Assembly: GCA_043822065.1 (NCBI GenBank)
Contig: JBDRCC010000021.1
Coordinates: 1 to 64,000 of the forward strand
Direction of reading: 5' to 3'
Length of the DNA stretch: 64,000 nt
DNA from: an archaeon
GTDB taxonomy: Archaea; Undinarchaeota; CAZHTU01; JBDRCC01
A model generated the notes under the pieces. The model saw only the letters and a program-made list of their open reading frames with translations. It had not been told where the DNA came from and made no database searches. Shown here in pieces: positions 57,123 through 64,000 of this stretch (position 1 is its first letter; each line of letters begins with the position of its first letter). The position numbers and the translations under genes were made by a program.

Positions 57123-57306
57123 GATAGACGGCGAAAAAAGGCAGCTAAGCCTAAGGCCAGGCGCGAATGTCGATGGCCTCCTAACCGAACTCGGCTACAC
57201 CTCCGAGGACTACCTCGCAACAATCGATGGCAGGCTTTCCCACCCCTCCACAAAAATCTCCCCCTCCATGAAGATAAAACTCCACCGGGTGGCTTCCAGT
57301 GGCTAA
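57091..57306 (+). CDS. Ubiquitin-like sulfur carrier (SAMP/ThiS-like), ending SSG
   Basis: Beta-grasp pattern; adjacent to NcsA. Confidence 0.7.
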   Translation: MPKAKHSFRIEIDGEKRQLSLRPGANVDGLLTELGYTSEDYLATIDGRLSHPSTKISPSMKIKLHRVASSG

Positions 57307-58216
57307 GTGCTTCTTATGCAAAAAGCCCGCGGTGATAGACTGCAGGTACGGGGCGAAGTCCTACTGCGCAGGCTGCTTCACCAAGACAATCGACCAGCGG
57401 ATAAGCAAGACAATCCGCATACACGAAATGATAAAAACGCACGACCACGTCGCAGTCGGGTACTCCGGCGGGAAGGACTCCGGCCTCGCCCTCTACAAGA
57501 TTGCCCAGCTTTCGAAGAAGCTCCCCATGGAAATCACGGCAATCACGGTCGATGAGGGCACGAAGGGCTACCGCGACAAGTGCATTGAGCTCACGAAAAA
57601 GTACTGCAAGGAGCTCGGTGTGAGGCAGGAAGTAGTCTCCTTCAAGCAGATGTTTGGCATCACCATGGACCAGGTCGCAGGAAAAAAGCTCCGGAAGGGC
57701 ACCTGCTCCTACTGCGCGGTATACCGGCGGAAGGCGCTGAACAATGCCGCCCGTGAAATCGGCGCGGACAGGCTTGTCATCGCCCACAACCTCGACGACG
57801 AGGTCCAGTCCATAGTCATGAACTACTTCCGCGGCGACCTTGAGCGGTCAGCCCGCCTCGGCGCCAAGTCCTACCCAGTCTACCCGGGCTTCGTCCAGAG
57901 GATTAAGCCCATCCGGAATGTCCCTGAGCGCGAGACGCTCGCCTACTGCCTGATAAAGGGAATACCGTTCTACGAAAAGCGCTGCCCCTACTCGCACGAC
58001 GCTAGCAGGAACGACGTGAAGCGCATGCTCAACCAGTACGAGTCAATCCACCCGGGGACGAAGCAGTCCCTCCTGAACTCCTTCGACGACCTCCTTCCGC
58101 TCCTGAAGGCGAAATACAGGCTCGAGAGGCTAAACCCCTGCGCGGAATGCGGCGAGCCTGCGTCCGGCGCAGTCTGCAGGCCATGCTCCTACCTGAAGGA
58201 AATTCAAAAACGTTAA
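57299..58216 (+). CDS. ncsA: tRNA 2-thiolation protein NcsA/TtuA (TIGR00269-like)
   Basis: N- and C-terminal Zn fingers, SGGKDS, VDEG, C..C...RR, HNLDD, CPY. Confidence 0.9.
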   Translation: MAKCFLCKKPAVIDCRYGAKSYCAGCFTKTIDQRISKTIRIHEMIKTHDHVAVGYSGGKDSGLALYKIAQLSKKLPMEITAITVDEGTKGYRDKCIELTKKYCKELGVRQEVVSFKQMFGITMDQVAGKKLRKGTCSYCAVYRRKALNNAAREIGADRLVIAHNLDDEVQSIVMNYFRGDLERSARLGAKSYPVYPGFVQRIKPIRNVPERETLAYCLIKGIPFYEKRCPYSHDASRNDVKRMLNQYESIHPGTKQSLLNSFDDLLPLLKAKYRLERLNPCAECGEPASGAVCRPCSYLKEIQKR

Positions 58217-58241
58217 ATACTTCCCAGCCCAAATTACCCTT

Positions 58242-58508
58242 GGTGGCTAGGCGGGGAGATAGTCGTACCCTTTACGCGAAATCGACTTCAGCGCGGCCGA
58301 ATGCCCTTTTGAGGCGGATAGGCTTTCTAATCTAGCCGTTTCCAAGCGTCGAAGCCCTGCCCTCAGGGGTGGTGCATCTGGACGAACCGGGCCAGGCGGG
58401 GAACCGTGCAACCCTAATCCTTATGTATTACGCTCTGCGGATCACGGGGTGGAGTTTGGATCGGTATTGGATTAGTTTGCACTAGCGTCGATTAAGGGTG
58501 CCACCACC
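58242..58508 (+). ncRNA. ffs: Archaeal SRP (7S) RNA
   Basis: GGTGG/CCACC terminal helix; Alu-like CTAGGC..CGAAATCG..GGCCGAA; helix 8 CCAGGCGG-GGAA-CCGTGCAA. Confidence 0.85.
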
Positions 58509-58509
58509 T

Positions 58510-58555
58510 CAACCTTTTTCTTTTTAAAAAAGAAAAACGTTGGCGAAAAAGAAAA
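58510..58555. repeat. Hairpin element copy 5, directly after SRP RNA
   Basis: CAAC-C-TTTTTCTTTTT/AAAAAGAAAAA-C-GTTG-GCGAAAAAGAAAA. Confidence 0.8.
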
Positions 58556-58563
58556 CTGGACAA

Positions 58564-59553
58564 ATGACCAATTCCACTGACAACACACAATTAAAGACTT
58601 GGGTACCCCTGCTAATATTCTCCATTATGCTTACCTGCGGCTGCACTAGCTATTCAGAGCCAACCAAACCTGGCCAATTCGCAGACCAGGGCGGCGCTGG
58701 CGCATTCAACCTCAGTGGCACTCCTGCAGCATCTTACTGCTATTCTGACGCCGAAGTGGCTGAGCTGAATAACGAGATGCTGGATGTCTTTAGGGACCTT
58801 GTCGAACCGAGACGCTATTATCATGGAATACGGCGGGATGTCGAATACTCACCGGCCCATGGCATAACAATGAACAACGTCCTTGAGATCCCAGAGGAAG
58901 TTTACCTTGAGTACACCTACCTGTACAAGGATTACGCTGTAGTAGATACTCACTACGCACCCGACGGCGTTGAGCGGATGGTCAGCCTAAAATTCCTGGT
59001 GCCAGCGGATGCCGAGACGGAATTCAGCCCGTCCGAAGTGCAGGGCTTTGTCAAGGGGTACATGGAAAAGCGCGCAAGATACTTCAACACAGATTTTAGC
59101 GAAATAGAATTCGGGAAGCCGGTATACCATGACTGGGACTCCTCCTGGGAAATGGGGATAGCGCGCAAGAAGGACGGCGCCGTCTCAATTCCAGGCGGCG
59201 CCCAATTCACAATATCCAACTATGGCGTAGTCTACCACTTTCTCGCCTCCGAGGATGCCGTAGGGACTATAGTCGCTGTTCCAGACCTTGAGCTCCCCGC
59301 AACCCCCAAAATATCAAAATCCGACGCGGAGCGAATCGCAAAGCTCCAGGACGGCATACCTCAGACACCCATAATCGAACGCGCCGAGATGTCATTCAAG
59401 ACTGTATGGAGCAATGAAACCTGCATAGACTACTGGCTGTTGTGGACCATCGACTTTTCCTGTACAGGCTCTGACGCAAAATACGATAAAATAATAATCG
59501 ACGCGCTTGATGGCTCAGTCGTTGCCAAGACGTTCAAATGCTACGCAACATAG
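58564..59553 (+). CDS. Lipoprotein with C-terminal PepSY-like motif
   Basis: Hydrophobic leader with LTCGC lipobox; IS...A..IA and IIIDA.DG.V motifs. Confidence 0.7.
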   Translation: MTNSTDNTQLKTWVPLLIFSIMLTCGCTSYSEPTKPGQFADQGGAGAFNLSGTPAASYCYSDAEVAELNNEMLDVFRDLVEPRRYYHGIRRDVEYSPAHGITMNNVLEIPEEVYLEYTYLYKDYAVVDTHYAPDGVERMVSLKFLVPADAETEFSPSEVQGFVKGYMEKRARYFNTDFSEIEFGKPVYHDWDSSWEMGIARKKDGAVSIPGGAQFTISNYGVVYHFLASEDAVGTIVAVPDLELPATPKISKSDAERIAKLQDGIPQTPIIERAEMSFKTVWSNETCIDYWLLWTIDFSCTGSDAKYDKIIIDALDGSVVAKTFKCYAT

Positions 59554-59607
59554 TCTCCATAGCCCAAAGAAAAAACATATAGATACAATCAGTCTAATCA
59601 ATGTCAT

Positions 59608-59693
59608 GCGGAGGTGGCAGAACCTGGTTAACGCGCAAGCCTGCTAAGCTTGTGGGCCTTTGGCCCGTTCGAGTTCAAATCTCGACCTCCGCG
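59608..59693 (+). tRNA. tRNA-Ser(GCT)
   Basis: CAAGC-CT-GCT-AA-GCTTG; long variable arm GGGCC-TTT-GGCCC; G73. Confidence 0.95.
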
Positions 59694-59695
59694 CT

Positions 59696-59713
59696 CAACC
59701 TTTTCTTTTAGAA
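59696..59713. repeat. Truncated (left-half) hairpin element / T-tract terminator after tRNA-Ser
   Basis: CAACCTTTTCTTTTAGAA followed by CTA. Confidence 0.5.
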
Positions 59714-59716
59714 CTA

Positions 59717-60091
59717 CTACTCTAACTTATTTCCAACCAGCGTGTCCACCATCCACCAGAAGATGAACACAAACAGCACCGGGTACAGCTTCGTGCCCTG
59801 GAATTCAAAGACCGGTATCTTGTCAATCTGCGTCAGGAACATGGTCGCAGACATCGACATCATCCATACCGCATGGAAAGCAAAGTGCTCCATCGTCTTC
59901 CTGTAGACGTACATCATCCCAAGCCCCACGAGAGTCACGGACAGGGCGATGTAAATCATGAACGGCACGGATGGCTTGATGTTGTTGTACAGGTTGTAGG
60001 CCTCAGTAAACAGGAATAGGGACCCTACCAGCAGGAAGACATACCCGAATCCCCGCCCAAAGTCCTTGCCTACGCCGTCTTCAGTCACCAT
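59717..60091 (-). CDS. Four-TM membrane protein
   Basis: Hydrophobic ORF; TTTATAT box upstream. Confidence 0.7.
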   Translation of the reverse strand: MVTEDGVGKDFGRGFGYVFLLVGSLFLFTEAYNLYNNIKPSVPFMIYIALSVTLVGLGMMYVYRKTMEHFAFHAVWMMSMSATMFLTQIDKIPVFEFQGTKLYPVLFVFIFWWMVDTLVGNKLE

Positions 60092-60137
60092 ACAATAATA
60101 TTCTCCCTTCGCCTATATAAACCTACCAAGCGCCGCC

Positions 60138-60785
60138 CTACTTTAGAGAAAGCTCCTCGATAACCCTTTCCGAGTCAACTTCCGTGTTGACGCACCCTGC
60201 CCGCGTGAGCTGCACGCCGTGGAGGCAAAGCCTCTTCTCGTGCGTCCTTAACCCGGCGAGCTGCATCTCCTTCAGGCAGGCAACGCCGAAAATCCCCATT
60301 GGCTTCAGCCTTTTCACTATCCTGTCCACGAAGCTCCCGCCCGGAACGACAAAAACCCTGTACCCGAGCTTCTCCGCGCTCTTTTTTATCTTGCCAATGG
60401 AGCACGCCCCGCAAGCCCTGCACTGGATTCCGTCCTTGTTCAGCGGCGCAGGGCAGGACTCAGCCCGGAGGCACTGCGGCAGGAAAAGAATCCTATCCTT
60501 GTACGCGGTCTTCCTGAACCCCGGCAGGTCAGCCCTGTTCCTTATGTCGAGGCAGAGCTTGTCGATGGTGTCCTTTTCGACGCCGAAATAGTGCCCAATC
60601 TTTATTATCGGGAAATAAAGCGTGTAAAACACCCACAGGACGGCTGTCGGCAGGAAGAGCTTCTCTTTCCGGTACATCCAGAACCCCGCAGCAAATGCAA
60701 ACATCACCAGGACAAAAAACGCGCCGAGCGCGAGGACTGCCACCCTACCTATATTATAATACGAAACCAGTGCAAGAACGCCCAT
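60138..60785 (-). CDS. DUF116 family protein
   Basis: LPQCLR...C.A, C..CG.C.I, VPGGS, GVAC..E, GC..T.VD. Confidence 0.88.
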   Translation of the reverse strand: MGVLALVSYYNIGRVAVLALGAFFVLVMFAFAAGFWMYRKEKLFLPTAVLWVFYTLYFPIIKIGHYFGVEKDTIDKLCLDIRNRADLPGFRKTAYKDRILFLPQCLRAESCPAPLNKDGIQCRACGACSIGKIKKSAEKLGYRVFVVPGGSFVDRIVKRLKPMGIFGVACLKEMQLAGLRTHEKRLCLHGVQLTRAGCVNTEVDSERVIEELSLK

Positions 60786-60934
60786 GATAGTAATCTGAAG
60801 CGCGGAGTATTTAACCCTTCCGCGGCAGAGAAAAATTCTACCCGATGCACGCTGCACTGGGCAAAATCGACGACAAAAAGCTTGATTAGCCGGAACTCAA
60901 AAACTTTTTAAATGAGATGCCCATCCTATGCGCA

Positions 60935-61045
60935 ATGGGGCCGTATTCAGTTCCTTGGTCAACGTTTCTTGCCTGGGTGGTAGCCCTGGGAAGCGTAGCC
61001 CTTGCAATAGTCTGGGCTAGATGGTACACCCCAGAGGAGATTTAG
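60935..61045 (+). CDS. Small single-TM accessory protein of the symporter (36 aa), not in ORF track
   Basis: MGPYSVPWSTFLAWVVALGSVALAIVWARWYTPEEI; stop abuts the symporter ATG. Confidence 0.65.
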   Translation: MGPYSVPWSTFLAWVVALGSVALAIVWARWYTPEEI

Positions 61046-62479
61046 ATGGAAGAGACCATGATTTATGGCTCAGTCATCTCCGTCTACCTTCTTTCCCTCA
61101 TACTCATCGGCTACGTCGCCTCAAAGAGGCACAAGACCTCGGCCGGCTTCTTCCTTGCCGGGAGGAGCATCGGGCCCTGGGTAACCTCATTCTCATTCAT
61201 CGCCGCGTACTTCAGCTCGGTGATTGTCGTCGGCGGGGGCGGCTTCGGGTACAAGTACGGCATGGCGACCCTGTGGATAAGCGCCATGAACGTGCTCGTC
61301 GGCTGCACCCTTGCCTGGATACTGCTCGGGCCGAGGCTTAGGAAATTCACAACGCGGCTTGACACGATAACCGTCCCTGACTTCATCTCAAAGAGGTTCG
61401 GCGCCCCGTTCGCAAAGAGCTATTCCGCGGTCATCCTGTCCATGTTCCTTATAATCTACTGCATCAGCGTCCTCAAGGGGATGGGGAACATCTTCGAGGG
61501 GCTGATGGGCATGGACTACAAGACGGGAGTCATAATCTCCGGCCTGATAATCGCGGTCTACGTCGCAATCGGCGGGTACCTTGCAGTCGTCTGGACCTCC
61601 TTCATCCAGGCGTGGATAAAGATAATCGGCTTAATCCTCCTGACACTCGCAACCCTGAAGGCGGTCGGCGGCTTCGAGGCGGCGCACGTGCAGCTTGCGG
61701 CGGTGAACCCGGGCTACGTCTCAACCCCAGGGGTATGGGGATGGGCAGGCCTGATATCATACGCATTCATATTCAGCTTCGGCGCCTGGGGCATGCCCCA
61801 GCTGCTGGTGAGGTTCTACTCGATAAAGGACCTGAAGACCCTGAAGCTCGGCACAGTCCTGGTGAGCGTTGGCGCCCTGATGGCTTTCCTCCCGTTCTTC
61901 AACGGCGCAGTTTCACGGTTACTGCTTCCAGACCTCGCAAACCCGGACCTGGCAATCCCGATGCTTTCCAAGATGGTCCTTTCCCCGTGGCTGGCGGCAA
62001 TATTCCTCGCCGCGGTGGTCGCGGCAGGCATGTCCGCGTTCTCCTCAATCCTCATAGTCATCAGCAGCTCCATAGTCAAGGACATCTACCAGACGAGCAT
62101 CAACAAGAACCTTGACGAGAAGATTTACCTCCGGTACAGCCGGGTCGTAAGCCTCATAGTTGGAATCATAGCAATCATGGTCGCGCTCAACCCGCCGGCG
62201 ATGATATTGGTCCTCGCTGCGTTCTCCTGGGCTGTCGTCGCCTCAACCTGCCTGTGGCCGATAGTCCTCGGCGCGTGGTGGAAGGGCGCAACCCGCTGGG
62301 GCGTCACTTCCTCAATGGTCGTAGGCTCGCTGTTCGCGATGTCATGGATGCTTGCAGGGAACCCGTACGGGGTGCACGGCTTCATACCGGGCGTTGCAGT
62401 CGCCCTAATAGTCCTGATAGTCGTCAGCCTGTTCACTGAGAAGCCTTCTGAAAAGATAATAAAGAAGCTCTGGTCCTAA
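61046..62479 (+). CDS. Sodium:solute symporter (SSS/PutP family)
   Basis: FFLAGR..GPW, T.PDFI..RF, GG..AV.WT...Q, G.PQ...RF. Confidence 0.92.
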   Translation: MEETMIYGSVISVYLLSLILIGYVASKRHKTSAGFFLAGRSIGPWVTSFSFIAAYFSSVIVVGGGGFGYKYGMATLWISAMNVLVGCTLAWILLGPRLRKFTTRLDTITVPDFISKRFGAPFAKSYSAVILSMFLIIYCISVLKGMGNIFEGLMGMDYKTGVIISGLIIAVYVAIGGYLAVVWTSFIQAWIKIIGLILLTLATLKAVGGFEAAHVQLAAVNPGYVSTPGVWGWAGLISYAFIFSFGAWGMPQLLVRFYSIKDLKTLKLGTVLVSVGALMAFLPFFNGAVSRLLLPDLANPDLAIPMLSKMVLSPWLAAIFLAAVVAAGMSAFSSILIVISSSIVKDIYQTSINKNLDEKIYLRYSRVVSLIVGIIAIMVALNPPAMILVLAAFSWAVVASTCLWPIVLGAWWKGATRWGVTSSMVVGSLFAMSWMLAGNPYGVHGFIPGVAVALIVLIVVSLFTEKPSEKIIKKLWS

Positions 62480-63765
62480 GCCTTTTCTTTTCTCAGGTCT
62501 ATTACCCTCTTTGCCTTGCCCTCGCTCCTCGGCAGGCTGTTGAACCCGCCAAGCTCGACGCTCGCCTTTATCCCGAGTATGGACTGTATGCCGTCCTGGA
62601 GCGCCCTCTGGAGCTCAGGCGTCGGCTTCGTCCTCTCGTCAGTCTCAATCTTGATGGTCAGCTTGTCGAGGAGGTCCCTGTCAATCACTATCTGGTAGTT
62701 CGGGCTTGCCCCCGGCACCTGGGTTATCACGTGCTCAATCTGGCTCGGGAAGACGTTCACCCCGCCCACAATGAGCATGTCATCGCTCCTGCCGCCAATC
62801 CTCATTATCCTAGGGTGGCTCCTGCCGCAGGCGCACTTGTCCTCGTTGAGTATTGTTATGTCCCTCGTCCTGTACCTTATCAGCGGCATGGACTCGCGTA
62901 TCAGCGTCGTCACGACGAGTTCGCCCTTCTCACCAGGCCCAAGGACCTCCTGGGTCTCTGGGTCGATTACCTCGGCATAAAAGTAGTCGCTCCACAGGTG
63001 CAGGCCGTCCTGCTCCTCGCACTCTATCGCGACGCCCGGCCCGTACAGCTCTGACATGCCGTACATGTCGTACGCTTTCATCCCGAAGGCCTTCTGTATC
63101 TCCCGCCTCATGCCGTCCGACCACGGCTCAGCGCCGAATATCCCGCGCTTTATCGCCAGGTCCTTTTTCGGGTCTATGCCGTCCGCCTTTGCGGCTTCCG
63201 CAAGGTAGAGCGCATACGACGGGGTGCAGCACAGGACAGTCGACTGCATGTCTTTCATTATCATGAGCTGCCTCTTGGTATTCCCGGTCGCGACCGGTAT
63301 GACCGCGCAGCCGAGCCTCTCTGCCCCGCCGTGGAACCCGAGCCCGCCCGTGAACAGCCCATACCCGTACGAGTTCTGGACTATGTCCTTTGAGGTGGCG
63401 CCAGTGCAGGCATAGCACCTTGCCATAAGCTCGTACCAGTCGTCAAGGTCCTTTCTCGTGTAGGACACGACTGTCGGCTTGCCTGTCGTCCCGGAGGACG
63501 CGTGGAACCTGTTTATCCTGTCAGTCGGGACTGCGAGTATTCCGTAGGGGTAGTGGTCCCGGAGGTCTGTCTTGACGGTGAATGGGAGCTTTGAAACGTC
63601 CTCAAGCTTCTTGATGCCGGAAGGCATAATCCCTGCCTCCTTGAGCCGCCTCTTGTATAGCGGCACATTGTCATAGCAGTGCTTCACGCTCTTCTTTATC
63701 CTCTGGAGCTGAAGCTTCTTTATCTCCGAAAGTTTCATTTTTTCCATCTTTTCGTGGTACATCAT
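62476..63765 (-). CDS. paaK: Phenylacetate-CoA ligase family protein
   Basis: [41 protein letters not shown]...[10 protein letters not shown]. Confidence 0.9.
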   Translation of the reverse strand: MMYHEKMEKMKLSEIKKLQLQRIKKSVKHCYDNVPLYKRRLKEAGIMPSGIKKLEDVSKLPFTVKTDLRDHYPYGILAVPTDRINRFHASSGTTGKPTVVSYTRKDLDDWYELMARCYACTGATSKDIVQNSYGYGLFTGGLGFHGGAERLGCAVIPVATGNTKRQLMIMKDMQSTVLCCTPSYALYLAEAAKADGIDPKKDLAIKRGIFGAEPWSDGMRREIQKAFGMKAYDMYGMSELYGPGVAIECEEQDGLHLWSDYFYAEVIDPETQEVLGPGEKGELVVTTLIRESMPLIRYRTRDITILNEDKCACGRSHPRIMRIGGRSDDMLIVGGVNVFPSQIEHVITQVPGASPNYQIVIDRDLLDKLTIKIETDERTKPTPELQRALQDGIQSILGIKASVELGGFNSLPRSEGKAKRVIDLRKEKA

Positions 63766-63811
63766 TCACTCCCCCGATTTCTTAATAAACATAAAATTTA
63801 TATCCTTAGCC

Positions 63812-64000
63812 ATGGGAGAATTTCTTCCTTCTGACAGGATGGCACGCATACGCCCATCCCGCATACGCGAGCTGTTCGACCTTGCGCAGGGAGTCGAGGG
63901 CATAATAAGCTTCGGCATAGGCGAGCCCGACTTCAACACCCCTGAGCACATAAAGGAAGCCTGCAAAAAGTCGCTCGACAGCAACCAGACGCACTACTCC
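63812..64000 (+). CDS. Class I/II PLP aminotransferase (5' part, runs off the window)
   Basis: [20 protein letters not shown]. Confidence 0.85.
   Translation, partial: MGEFLPSDRMARIRPSRIRELFDLAQGVEGIISFGIGEPDFNTPEHIKEACKKSLDSNQTHYS

Noticed and set aside
58540-58563. TTG start for the lipoprotein
   Set aside because: It lies inside the hairpin element; ATG 58564 is more plausible.

Overview
Archaeal chromosomal segment, most likely from a DPANN-type lineage. Evidence: archaeal Cdc6/Orc1, aTrm56, PurO, GGR, RibK and SRP RNA, TATA boxes often about 20-30 bp before start codons, and a class III pilin. The lineage is inferred, not established. The window appears to open inside a replication origin: an ORB at 1-21, an AT-rich DUE and a mini-ORB. 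Next come a PadR-like wHTH gene and four copies of a TTCCATATGGAA-type palindrome. Housekeeping content includes a split Hef (intein-containing helicase plus stand-alone ERCC4 nuclease), TatD, rhomboid, Cdc6, an RbgA-like GTPase, a MacB-type ABC/COG1361 locus, purine genes (purB, purM, purO-HD fusion, purD, purE), GGR, aspS, rnhB, aTrm56/SAMP/NcsA, a Na+/solute symporter, a PaaK-like ligase, three tRNAs and the SRP RNA. The most unusual items are: the origin-linked palindrome/wHTH module; a dispersed C-C-mismatch hairpin element that sits against stop codons, twice between 31-34 bp duplicated gene ends; a divergent photolyase/PriL-like protein; a 4x[4Fe-4S]-ferredoxin fused to a pilus/secretion ATPase; and a free-standing LAGLIDADG-wHTH gene head-to-head with tatD. 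All family calls come from motif recognition by eye; no searches were run.
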